A stretch of 64,000 nt of DNA, taken from positions 1 to 64,000 of IMG/VR virus record IMGVR_UViG_3300035158_000384, one strand, 5' to 3'. The notes beneath the pieces were generated by a model. It was not told the DNA's origin. It saw only the letters and a list, made by a program, of their open reading frames with translations, and ran no database searches. The position numbers were made by a program, and so were the translations under genes. Positions 44,049-53,586 of the stretch are shown piece by piece. Source of the DNA: a virus. The stretch's first letter is position 1, and every line of letters starts with the position of its first letter.

Positions 44049-45581
44049 TTAAGGTGCGAAGTATGGTAAGAGTATGCGCACGCGCAAATCTCCAGCGTAG
44101 CACTCCGCCGCAAAATCGCCTCCGGTTTCCGAACCGTCGCGCATGGCAAGGTTGTCGGTTTTGTACATCCAGTTGTCCACGTAGGACATCGCAAACATCG
44201 CGTTGTCGTTGACAAATCCAAGCTTCAAAACATCAGGGTCTACCGAGTGTACCCAAAAGCCTTTTACAATCAACGAAGCACTTCCTATGTTTTCCCCTTC
44301 CACAGCCACATTTTTTCCGAAATCGGTGAGGTAATTCCCTTTTATAAACTGCGTACCTGAACCATCGTCAATAACCGGGCGGAGGAAAATTTGGATGTGG
44401 AAATTCAGGAAGTCGTCGAGGGTGAGCGACCCGTCGAAAATGGTTTCGTCAAAAACACCCCCGTTTTCGGCCCGTATGTCAAAATTGTCTTTCGATGGTA
44501 ACGGATTCTCGGGGTTGCTTTGGCTAATGCCCGACACAATGTACTGGTAGTTGGAGGAGCCACCGGCTGTTGGGCGGCTTGTAACAACCTCACCAAGCTG
44601 CCCCGCCCAGTTGCTCAGGTGGATGTTGTAGAAGTCCGGGTTGTCGTAACCCATGAAATCGCAAGTGGCTGTACCAAAATCACCTCCACCGTTGCCTCGG
44701 TTTGATACTCCATTCCTAGCACCTGTAATGCCACCAATATCGGCTAGTCGAAACCAGCCAGTATCCAAAGCAACCTGCATACCAGCTTGACTTAACGTCA
44801 AAAAAGGATTGGCCGCTGACGGAGACGACGCGCCATCCGCAGCATCTTTCTGATCGTCTGTGAGATGTTTCTCATTCGACCGCACGTTTGTAATGTGGTC
44901 TTGTAGTTTGGACGAAGCTTCAAACTGTGAGGTGCCGTCGTTGTACTCCAAAATTTGATTTGCTGTCGGGGAGAGGCTCGTCTGCACATCCTCGAGGCTC
45001 TTCAGTTCACGTTCCGGCAGGCCGGTCGTCCACTTGGCCCCGTCGTAGTAAAAGCCGTCCCCTGCGGACGGAGCAAGACTGTCAACGTCTTGCAAACTCG
45101 ACAGGTCCATGTCCGGTGTACCGGCAACCCATGTACTCGTGCCTGCATCGTAAACCAGCGCGTCACCGTCCACAACACCCGCGGTATCCACATCCGTCAA
45201 TTCTGCGAGCGTAAAAGCGGTAGCAACCCATTCTGCACCGTCGTATGTGATCACATCACCTGTGGACGGGCTTAACGGGTTTTGGACGTCTGTGAGGTCT
45301 TCCAGCGCGATTGTTACAGCCCCGCCCTTGAGCACGCCGTCGTCGTCAAGCGACACACGAAGATAGTCATGGAGCGAAGCCAAGTTACCTGCGGCGTCAT
45401 TAATGGCGTCGATTATTTCATCTTGCTTGACTCGCACAACAGTATCGCGGTACGCAAGGTTTTTGCTTGGCCGGTTGAACGCCTCGAAAAAGACAGGGTC
45501 CGGTCCAATCAAGTAGTCAACGTCGCCGCTGTTATAATTTGTCCCGTCTGCGAGGGGCAAACCTGTTTTGGTTATGGCCAT
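44049..45581 (-). CDS. tail fibre protein
   Basis: L.DL.DV...G..L.YDG..W repeats; N-terminus paralogous to 45595-47565. Confidence 0.75.
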   Translation of the reverse strand: MAITKTGLPLADGTNYNSGDVDYLIGPDPVFFEAFNRPSKNLAYRDTVVRVKQDEIIDAINDAAGNLASLHDYLRVSLDDDGVLKGGAVTIALEDLTDVQNPLSPSTGDVITYDGAEWVATAFTLAELTDVDTAGVVDGDALVYDAGTSTWVAGTPDMDLSSLQDVDSLAPSAGDGFYYDGAKWTTGLPERELKSLEDVQTSLSPTANQILEYNDGTSQFEASSKLQDHITNVRSNEKHLTDDQKDAADGASSPSAANPFLTLSQAGMQVALDTGWFRLADIGGITGARNGVSNRGNGGGDFGTATCDFMGYDNPDFYNIHLSNWAGQLGEVVTSRPTAGGSSNYQYIVSGISQSNPENPLPSKDNFDIRAENGGVFDETIFDGSLTLDDFLNFHIQIFLRPVIDDGSGTQFIKGNYLTDFGKNVAVEGENIGSASLIVKGFWVHSVDPDVLKLGFVNDNAMFAMSYVDNWMYKTDNLAMRDGSETGGDFAAECYAGDLRVRILLPYFAP

Positions 45582-45594
45582 TGTAGTCCCTCAA

Positions 45595-47565
45595 TTACAC
45601 GCCTGAATACGGGAAAGTATCTGTAAGACCACCGGCGGAGTTGTACGCCGTATTTCTTGAGATCGTGAGGGTGGACGCGCCGTCCACACGTATTGCTCTA
45701 TCCGTTCCTGCCGCGGCGCTATCGTGGTAGCCTCGGGACTGTATGAGGAAAACGTGGTTGTACAAGGACAACCCGTTCGCTGTACCGTTCGCGCCACCAT
45801 AACAATTATCCACAAAGTTCGGGTCTCCCACAGTTCCACCCTTAACGACAAACCCGCTGACATGATCACCTCCACCGGGGTCTTCACCAATCCCTCGACA
45901 ATCCACAAGATGATTCCCAAGACTCTCTACATGGATACCTGCCATGTCGTCGTAAGTGAGGGTTCCGGTTTGAACCAACCCGCCTGACCGTCCAACGCAA
46001 GCGGTGAGGTGTGCGCGTGTTCCATCTACTTTGATACCAATACCGCGGACGGCATAACCAATGCAGTTTGTCAATTTTGGTTCAGGTGCCGCAGAATTGA
46101 CACGAATACCCATTCCGTTGTCAACCGCGTCCGCTGTTGTGATACCAACGCACTTGCGCAGGTAGTCGGCTTCCGTTTCGATTGCTGTTGCTGCGGCTCC
46201 GGCATGTATAACTTTGCAACCTTCAACGTGGCTGTTTGTGTGCGCCATAATACCTACTGTTGACGCACCGTCACACTCCGCAAGGCTGTTCAAGAAGTGC
46301 CCTTCGTAAACCCTGATTTTCACGGGGCTTGTACCCGCCGCGTATACATAACCATTTCGGAACATGGCAGTTTCATCACCGTTCATGTAGACAGCCGCGC
46401 CGTCTGTACTGTAAATTCGACAATTCGTAACCTGCCCCTGATCCAAACGCAGCGTGAGTTCATCCGCGCCGTCGGACACCGATACGTTTTGCATAACCGC
46501 CCCGCTGTACTGCAAAGCCAGCAGCCACGTAGTCGCGGGATTTCCGGGGATCAACGCGCGGTTCAAGTCTCGATGCCCGTTGCCGAGCCAACCAAAGTGG
46601 TTTGTCACGCGCATACCACCGTCAGGTGCGGTATTGGTGTTGATTGTAATGTGACCCTGTGTAGTGTCGATATACAAGTACGCAGGCCACGGGTCAACCC
46701 AGCCCAACGCGGCGGGCCAAGTTGCGTTACCAAGCACAGCGATTCGATAACGGTATGTGCCTGATATGTCGCTCCACCCGGACGGACGTTTTCCTGAGTC
46801 TGTCGTGGCGTCAATCGCTTCCGACAAAGTGTTATAGTGTGCCACACCGTAATCGGTAGTGAGTTCATCCCCGACATAGAGCACGTAAGCATCCGCGATC
46901 TTTTCTTCCAGATCACCCACGTCGTCCATCGTGGCGAATACATTGGTGGAGCTTGGTGAATTGGCCCCTGTCAGGGCGTCAAGTTCATCCTCGAAAGCAA
47001 GGTTCTGCCACTTGCTTGTTCCTGAATCGTATGTCAGTATGTCCTTGTCCGCTACCCCGACAATGTCTGTATCACCGAGTTCGTCCAAAGCCGCTTCTTC
47101 GTTGACCCACTCCGCACCGTCGTATTTCAAAACTTCGGTTGCCGCAGGTCCGGTGATGTTGACGTTGTCCAAATCATCCAACGTGAGTGTGATGGAGTCG
47201 GGTGCTGTGGCAACCCACTCTGCACCGTCGTATTCCAAAAGATAGCCTGCCGCCGTGGGAACCGCTGTGACGTCGTTCAGGTCGTCCAGATTGATTGTCA
47301 CAGGCCCCGGTTTGAGGTTTCCATCATCGTCGTGCGCCACACGAAGGTAGTCGTGAAGGGAAGGCTTGTTGCCAGCAGCGTCGTTTATGGCGTCAATGAT
47401 GTCGTCTTGTTTGTCATGAACCATTTTGTCCCGATACGCAAGATTGCGGAGCGGGCGGTTCATAACCTCGTAGTAAACAGGATCGAACTCCGTGAAGTAA
47501 TCGACGTCACCGTCTTCGTAATTCACCGCCAAAGCCAAAGGCAGCGTCACTTTGCTGATAGCCAC
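45595..47565 (-). CDS. tail fibre/spike with probable beta-helix C-terminus
   Basis: same repeats plus periodic N-C-x-G...GI beta-helix-like pattern. Confidence 0.75.
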   Translation of the reverse strand: MAISKVTLPLALAVNYEDGDVDYFTEFDPVYYEVMNRPLRNLAYRDKMVHDKQDDIIDAINDAAGNKPSLHDYLRVAHDDDGNLKPGPVTINLDDLNDVTAVPTAAGYLLEYDGAEWVATAPDSITLTLDDLDNVNITGPAATEVLKYDGAEWVNEEAALDELGDTDIVGVADKDILTYDSGTSKWQNLAFEDELDALTGANSPSSTNVFATMDDVGDLEEKIADAYVLYVGDELTTDYGVAHYNTLSEAIDATTDSGKRPSGWSDISGTYRYRIAVLGNATWPAALGWVDPWPAYLYIDTTQGHITINTNTAPDGGMRVTNHFGWLGNGHRDLNRALIPGNPATTWLLALQYSGAVMQNVSVSDGADELTLRLDQGQVTNCRIYSTDGAAVYMNGDETAMFRNGYVYAAGTSPVKIRVYEGHFLNSLAECDGASTVGIMAHTNSHVEGCKVIHAGAAATAIETEADYLRKCVGITTADAVDNGMGIRVNSAAPEPKLTNCIGYAVRGIGIKVDGTRAHLTACVGRSGGLVQTGTLTYDDMAGIHVESLGNHLVDCRGIGEDPGGGDHVSGFVVKGGTVGDPNFVDNCYGGANGTANGLSLYNHVFLIQSRGYHDSAAAGTDRAIRVDGASTLTISRNTAYNSAGGLTDTFPYSGV

Positions 47566-47590
47566 AGCACCACCTCAATTTGACACAATG

Positions 47591-48532
47591 TCAATACAAG
47601 ATCGTGTGAATGAAGGAGTAGCTCACTCCAACAGGTTTGTTCAAGGCCGCAAACGTCTTTCGAGCAAACAAAAACTCCAGCCCGGACGTTCCAGCCATCG
47701 TCAGACCTTCTTCGGAGATCGGTTCCCCAACTGCCTCTGTTTCGTCCAAACCTGCGGTGAATTGTACCGACCGGTCGTCGGGGAACTCAATCGTAGGTAG
47801 TTTGTAAGGAGGGCTTGAAAGGGTGTCGTACAGGTCTTCGTCAGTTTCTTCCGGGTCAATTGCGCGCGTGGGGTCCGACGGGTCGTTGCCTCCGTTGCCC
47901 CATTTCATCTTCGTGATGTAGAAGTACTCGGGATGCCCTGTAACCACGATGTCGTCAGGAAAACCTACCTCACCGGGGTCCGTACCCGGAACATACGCCG
48001 CGTATGTACTTGTGTCCACACCGTCAAGCTGGAAACTGTTGGCATCCAAAACCGTCACATCGTAGACACGTCCGCGCAAATTGATCCAGTCACTCTGTTC
48101 AATGTTGCGCAGGCGTGCTGTTGTTTGTGTCCCCGCTGGACCAAGCCCGTGACCTGTAACGGTTACAACACAGACAACTGCGCTGGTCATGCCTTCAATC
48201 GCTACGTAATTGTTGTGGTATGCAAACGTCGTGGGTCCGACGGAGTTTTGTACCCCAACACACAAACGAGACATAGCTTTGCGAGCGGCCAAAACCACAA
48301 GGTTTGAATCCTCAAAGACTACACCTTTGAAACGACCCTCACGTTTCAATTTTTCTCGCGCTTCCGTGGTCAAAGGTGCAACAGGTGCTTCATAAGCCTC
48401 TACACACAAACGCCCACCGGGAACCGTAAATCGATCTGCTTTGACTGTCGCCAAAGCCTTTACTGCCTGAATACGTAAGGCGTCGGCGAGCTTGTTGCAA
48501 AACCGTTTGAAGCGATCTCCGAAATCACCCAT
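47591..48532 (-). CDS. tail/baseplate fibre-attachment protein
   Basis: NLVV, ITKMKWGNG, ISEEGL, LFARKTF..LNK pattern of tail collar-type proteins. Confidence 0.65.
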   Translation of the reverse strand: MGDFGDRFKRFCNKLADALRIQAVKALATVKADRFTVPGGRLCVEAYEAPVAPLTTEAREKLKREGRFKGVVFEDSNLVVLAARKAMSRLCVGVQNSVGPTTFAYHNNYVAIEGMTSAVVCVVTVTGHGLGPAGTQTTARLRNIEQSDWINLRGRVYDVTVLDANSFQLDGVDTSTYAAYVPGTDPGEVGFPDDIVVTGHPEYFYITKMKWGNGGNDPSDPTRAIDPEETDEDLYDTLSSPPYKLPTIEFPDDRSVQFTAGLDETEAVGEPISEEGLTMAGTSGLEFLFARKTFAALNKPVGVSYSFIHTILY

Positions 48533-49670
48533 CTAGTGCCTCCTTCATACCCTCACCCATCGCCAATACTGCTTTTTCAACGGTGTAAGAGCGGCTTTTC
48601 GATCTAGCCCTGTTCCTGTACTTCTTGGCCGAAGCCTTCGTTTGTAGTTGTTTCTGCACTTTTCGAAGCACTCGGGTCAAATCCTTCGGGTCTTCAAAAC
48701 GACAGGTTTCAGTTGCTGCATTCGCACCTTTTCTCGCAATGACTGGACAGCCGCACGACGTAGCTTCCAGAACCGTTCGGTTATCCTCTGCCGCGGGTGT
48801 AACCAATACGTCGGCGGCTCTATGCACCTGTTCGATTTCTGTATGTACTGTGTGCAAGTCACCGACCACCGATTTTAGACCATCGGTGACAGCATACAAA
48901 ATCGAATGCCACGGGTGCCCAGTCAATTGTATTACAGGCGTCATAGACTCCATACCATCCACAAGCTCTTTCGGAATTGCAAACAGGTGAATTTTTGAGC
49001 CAGTTTGCAAGCAAAACTCACGGGCTCCGTGTAGTAGCTGGAAAGGGTCTTTGAACGCCGTATAACGCCAATGATCCGCAAAAACAATGTTCAACCCGTC
49101 TTCCTCTGCGGGCTTTTGGAACTCATACACCGGCCCGTCAGGACTGAATCGCTCCTGATCGCAGAAGTGGTTAGTTACGATTACATTGTCAAAGTACGGT
49201 TCCCAAAACGGGGCGTGGCGCTCCCACATTGTAATTGCGCCCTTGACCCACGGTTTGTCCCTCAATGTTATGGTCACGAGCGACCACGAGCCTGTGAAGG
49301 GGCCTTTTTTGGCTCTTTCAACCCTCCCGACATCGCTCGAAACACATTCAAGCATCATCTGCGAGTAGAAGCAGTATTCAGGTGTGCCATGCGCCACGAA
49401 GAAGGTTGGTTTCTTCCCTTCAAACTCACGAGGTATCCCTGAATGTAGTACATGCACGTCGGCCTTCAAAGCGAAGTCCAGAGGTGCAAGCGGGGTTCCA
49501 CGATCATCCGGCTTGTCTGTACGTTTGCCGCCTTTGGTCGTAACGTGGGTTACGTCGATCATGCGAGCATCCCAACCAAGAAAATCACGCTGGCCTTGGG
49601 TTATTTCGCGAGTGGTCTCGTACAAGCCTGAACGCATCGGCGCGTATTGTACAAAGTGAGCAACCTTCAT
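48525..49670 (-). CDS. GT-B (GT4-like) glycosyltransferase
   Basis: MKVAHF..P..SG, ADVHVLH, HG, ADVLVTP..EDNRTVLEATSCGCPVI. Confidence 0.82.
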   Translation of the reverse strand: MKVAHFVQYAPMRSGLYETTREITQGQRDFLGWDARMIDVTHVTTKGGKRTDKPDDRGTPLAPLDFALKADVHVLHSGIPREFEGKKPTFFVAHGTPEYCFYSQMMLECVSSDVGRVERAKKGPFTGSWSLVTITLRDKPWVKGAITMWERHAPFWEPYFDNVIVTNHFCDQERFSPDGPVYEFQKPAEEDGLNIVFADHWRYTAFKDPFQLLHGAREFCLQTGSKIHLFAIPKELVDGMESMTPVIQLTGHPWHSILYAVTDGLKSVVGDLHTVHTEIEQVHRAADVLVTPAAEDNRTVLEATSCGCPVIARKGANAATETCRFEDPKDLTRVLRKVQKQLQTKASAKKYRNRARSKSRSYTVEKAVLAMGEGMKEALDG

Positions 49671-49760
49671 GCTTCTACTCTCCTGTGGTCGTTTGACCTT
49701 TGAAAGAAGAGGGCGGCGGCTCGAAAACCACCGCCCTCAATATAAACGCTGTTGGAGGTA

Positions 49761-51755
49761 CTAGATGGAGTACGTTACGCTGATCGTGGAACCGAGAAGG
49801 CCGTTGACTGTCAGCGTGTCAGCACCGTTGTCCACCTTACCCACAAGCATGATGGTGAACGGTAGCTCGTCCATCGCTGTGGAATGGAGGAAGTTGCCGG
49901 AACGATACTCGGATTTCTCCGCGGTCGTTTCAGCGCGTTCAGTTCCGGGGATGTCCACAGCACCTGTTAGGGTTGGTGTGTCTCCTGCAACAACCATGAG
50001 CTTCGTGTCGCCGTCGTTGGCATCCATCGACGCAGCCCACCCGATGTCGAGGTAGCAAGCCTCGACGGTCTTGGTTCCGGTTGCGGGCGCGTCAATAGTG
50101 ACACTATCGAGGATAGCGTAGGACGTGGACTGTGTGGTGTTTGTCCCCGCTTTCTCGTAGTCGATGCCACCGTCTGCGAGACTGACATTCACGGTTTCGT
50201 TGTTGTTCCAGACGTACTCGGTGAATTCACCCTTCTGTACGCCGGAAGCCGCGGACATGTCGTCCACTTTGGAATCGACGGTTGAAACCTGATCTCCAAC
50301 AGAGTCAACCTTGGAATCGACGGTTGAAACTTCGCCGTCCACAACGTCGATCTTGGAATCCACGGTAGACACGTCGGTTTCGACGTCGCCAACAACCGTT
50401 CCAACAGAGTCAACCTTGGAATCGACGGTTGAAACCTCGTTGTCAATGACGGTGACTTTGGAATCGACGGTTGAAACCTGATCTCCAACAGAGTCAACCT
50501 TGGAATCGACGGTGGAAACTTCGTCGTCAATAACGGTGACTTTGGAATCGACCGTTGAAACTGCGGCTGACGAAGCAACGTCTGTCGGGATGAGAGCCCC
50601 AACGGAATCCACTTTGGAGTCCACTACGGAAAGTTCGTCGTCAATGACCGTAACTTTGGAATCGACGGTGGAAACGTCTGTTTCAACATCACCAACCAAC
50701 GTACCAACAGAACCAGTCTGAGTTCCGACGGAATCCACACGAGAATTGAGGTCCGGGTTGTCGTCGTAGACGGTGAAGTACCGGGCCTGATAAATCGTGT
50801 TGGTTTCTTCATCGTAATCGCAAACGATGCGATAGTTGCCCAAGTCCGCGGTGGTGATGAGATCGACGTCCGTGTAGTAACGCCCAACACCGTCCCGCGT
50901 CATAAGTGTGCGGGCAATAAGGTCTGATCCGTCGGGTTCCACAACCTGAATGTAAGCCTCGTTCGAATCAGGGTCTTCCATCGCGCCGTCTGCACCGTAG
51001 ATGTACAGCCACGCACGGATTGTGAGCGTACTGACTTCATCCCGCACAACGTCGGACGGAAAGAGAATCTTGGCGGAGACGTTGTTGTCGAGGGCGTCAA
51101 TAGCGGTCGAAATGTTATCGACCTTGCCGTCGATTGTCGTTGCCTGCCCGCCGACGGAATCAACTTTGGTGTCAACAACTACAACACGCGAATCGACGGT
51201 TGAAACAGCAGCAGAAGAAGCGGTATCGGACGGAATTTGCGCCCCGACCGAATCCACCTTGGAATCAATCGTTGAAGACTGCGTTCCAACGGAGTCAACC
51301 TTGGAATCGACGGTTGAAACTTCGTCGTCGACAATTGTAACCTTGGAATCCACGGTAGATACAGCGCTTGACGACGCAATATCTCCCGGAATTTGATCAC
51401 CGACAGAATCGACCTTGGAGTCGATTGCAGATACCTCGTCGTCAACTACCGTAACCTTGGAGTCAACGGTGGAAACTGCACTCGAAGAAGCGATGTCTGC
51501 GGGTATTTGTGACCCCACGGAATCGACCTTGGAGTCAATCGTTGAGGACTGATCCCCAACGGAATCGACCTTGGAGTCAACAACAACCACACGGGAATCC
51601 GTAGTGGACGTTGCTGTCTCCACGGTTGTTACTTGTGTGCCGACAGAATCAACCGCGGTGTCCATAACAACAACACGCGAATCAACGGTTGAAGTCTGTA
51701 CGCCGACAGAATCGACCTTTGACGACACCCTGCGACTAGATGCCTGAAAACCCAT
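49761..51755 (-). CDS. Ser/Thr/Val-rich heptad-repeat fibre protein
   Basis: many VDSKVDS/VGDQVST/VDSKVTV heptads in two blocks. Confidence 0.75.
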   Translation of the reverse strand: MGFQASSRRVSSKVDSVGVQTSTVDSRVVVMDTAVDSVGTQVTTVETATSTTDSRVVVVDSKVDSVGDQSSTIDSKVDSVGSQIPADIASSSAVSTVDSKVTVVDDEVSAIDSKVDSVGDQIPGDIASSSAVSTVDSKVTIVDDEVSTVDSKVDSVGTQSSTIDSKVDSVGAQIPSDTASSAAVSTVDSRVVVVDTKVDSVGGQATTIDGKVDNISTAIDALDNNVSAKILFPSDVVRDEVSTLTIRAWLYIYGADGAMEDPDSNEAYIQVVEPDGSDLIARTLMTRDGVGRYYTDVDLITTADLGNYRIVCDYDEETNTIYQARYFTVYDDNPDLNSRVDSVGTQTGSVGTLVGDVETDVSTVDSKVTVIDDELSVVDSKVDSVGALIPTDVASSAAVSTVDSKVTVIDDEVSTVDSKVDSVGDQVSTVDSKVTVIDNEVSTVDSKVDSVGTVVGDVETDVSTVDSKIDVVDGEVSTVDSKVDSVGDQVSTVDSKVDDMSAASGVQKGEFTEYVWNNNETVNVSLADGGIDYEKAGTNTTQSTSYAILDSVTIDAPATGTKTVEACYLDIGWAASMDANDGDTKLMVVAGDTPTLTGAVDIPGTERAETTAEKSEYRSGNFLHSTAMDELPFTIMLVGKVDNGADTLTVNGLLGSTISVTYSI

Positions 51756-51772
51756 TGTTTCCTCCTAGATGT

Positions 51773-52486
51773 TTAGAGTGGCAGTATGACGATGTTTTTC
51801 AGGCCGAATTCGCCGCCGTGCGTGTCTGCCGCGTTGTCGCCGTCACGAGTCAGCCTTGCTTCAATTTCAACAGTATCGCCTGTGATTACCCCGCTTGGAA
51901 TAGTAAGGGCTGTTAATACACCCAAGTTGTCCATGACATTAAGAGGGGTTACAGTCTGTGTGTTGGTGTAGTCTGTACCACCATCGTATGCTTCCCCGCT
52001 GTCATGGACGGTGTAATCCAACGTCAGAACAACGTCGGCGCTCTCGGATGTACTCATTGCGTAAATAAGCCACAACTGAACCCCGTCTTCGTAGTCATCG
52101 AAGGGAGGTTTCAGGTTGAACACAATATCTTGGTCAACGCCCGGTTCAAACGCGGCGGACTCCTCGATGTCAAACTTGTCGATTTGTACGACCAAGGGGG
52201 AAACTGTACCGGGGTAAAAGTCAATTGAATGTCCAATTTGAACATCTGCCCCGACTACGGTGATGTTCCCCAATGCGTCGTAAGTGAAGATCGTTCTCCA
52301 ACCGCCACTTAAATAGCGCTTGAATGCTTGGTTGGAGGTGTCAAGCCATGATTGGCCCTCCTGCGGGCTCGCAGGTGCTGTAGGTCCAGAATGCGCAGTA
52401 TTCAACGCGGTTAGTTGCGTCCTTATTTCGGACGAATCCAGAGGTGAGCGATACCCCGGAACATTCGGGTCGAATCCTTGGCTCAT
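51773..52486 (-). CDS. tail fibre-associated protein
   Basis: SGPTAP.SP.EGQ.WLDT...KRY..GGW motif. Confidence 0.65.
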   Translation of the reverse strand: MSQGFDPNVPGYRSPLDSSEIRTQLTALNTAHSGPTAPASPQEGQSWLDTSNQAFKRYLSGGWRTIFTYDALGNITVVGADVQIGHSIDFYPGTVSPLVVQIDKFDIEESAAFEPGVDQDIVFNLKPPFDDYEDGVQLWLIYAMSTSESADVVLTLDYTVHDSGEAYDGGTDYTNTQTVTPLNVMDNLGVLTALTIPSGVITGDTVEIEARLTRDGDNAADTHGGEFGLKNIVILPL

Positions 52487-52543
52487 GGTTCCACTCCTTT
52501 TTTGCGTAGGTTCTTTCCCATTCTAGCACAGAGGGGCACCACG

Positions 52544-53566
52544 TCAACGAGCAATCGTTTGGGTTTCAATCAGATTCCCAAGACTGTCGTATTTGTTGAT
52601 AATCAACGGGTCGGAACCGGCATACTGACATGTGTTGTTCATAAAGTAGCCACCCCAATTGTCCAAGTGAACCAAGCCTCCGCTGTCCGGGATAATTTCC
52701 CCCAACTGCCAACGCGAGAAATCATAGGGGTCTATCGCCGCACCTGCACCGGGAGGGTCGGGGTAAAAACGCCGCTGCCAACCGAAGCAGCAACCTATGG
52801 CCCAACTTTCCAAATCGACGGTGGGGTTTTCACCGTAAAACAGCGTTAAGCACTCTGGCTTGCGCGGTTTACGTCTAAACTTGTCGTACAAGCGCATCGT
52901 CCCGAAGATTTGCAAGACGTCGGTAGTCTCGGGGAAGCTGTCAAAAAACTTGACGATATAGATGAAGTCTCGCAACAGGACGTGAATAGGGCGAACTTCT
53001 TCCATACGGGCCACGACCCAATCGAGCACACTCGCAAAATACGCGGGTGGTACCGCGTTCTGGTCAATCGCAGTCACTTCCACGTCAATTCGACTGTGCG
53101 GATACCACTCGGCAGGCACGTCAACCCAAGGAATGTAGTCTGGAGGGAGGGGAATTTCCGAAGCGCGTTTCACTTCATCGGTGTTTTCATTCCACCAAAG
53201 TTCATAAACCTCTACGTCGTACCCCAGCGCTTGAAACAAAATCTCGAACGAGGACATCTTGCCTTTTTCCTTGTATTTCAAAATCGCACTCTTGATCTGC
53301 ATACGCCAAGACGCCTCCGTGTCACCTTGACGTAGTGGTGCTCCGACCTGATATGCGAGGTAAGGCAAGAAACGCTTCGGGCACTTGTCAGGGTCAAACA
53401 GGTCCAGAAGCCCCGCTTCCAAATCGTCTTCCACACGCCGCTCTTCGTCCAACAAGGACAACAGATATTGCAAAACAGCATCCGGGTCAAGCACAAACAA
53501 AGCCTGTGGAAAGTTACGCAACATGAAGTCTGCGTCTGCCCCGAATATGCTGTCTGCGTCACTCAT
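52544..53566 (-). CDS. baseplate wedge protein (P2 gpI / T4 gp7-like)
   Basis: DPDKCP..FLPYLA..VG, YKEKG, VRPIHV. Confidence 0.8.
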   Translation of the reverse strand: MSDADSIFGADADFMLRNFPQALFVLDPDAVLQYLLSLLDEERRVEDDLEAGLLDLFDPDKCPKRFLPYLAYQVGAPLRQGDTEASWRMQIKSAILKYKEKGKMSSFEILFQALGYDVEVYELWWNENTDEVKRASEIPLPPDYIPWVDVPAEWYPHSRIDVEVTAIDQNAVPPAYFASVLDWVVARMEEVRPIHVLLRDFIYIVKFFDSFPETTDVLQIFGTMRLYDKFRRKPRKPECLTLFYGENPTVDLESWAIGCCFGWQRRFYPDPPGAGAAIDPYDFSRWQLGEIIPDSGGLVHLDNWGGYFMNNTCQYAGSDPLIINKYDSLGNLIETQTIAR

Positions 53567-53586
53567 TCTTGACACCGTGTCAAAGA

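Noticed and set aside
49761-51755. DNA repeats as a DGR or repeat array
   Set aside because: They are in-frame 21/42-nt coding repeats with synonymous variation; no reverse transcriptase in the window
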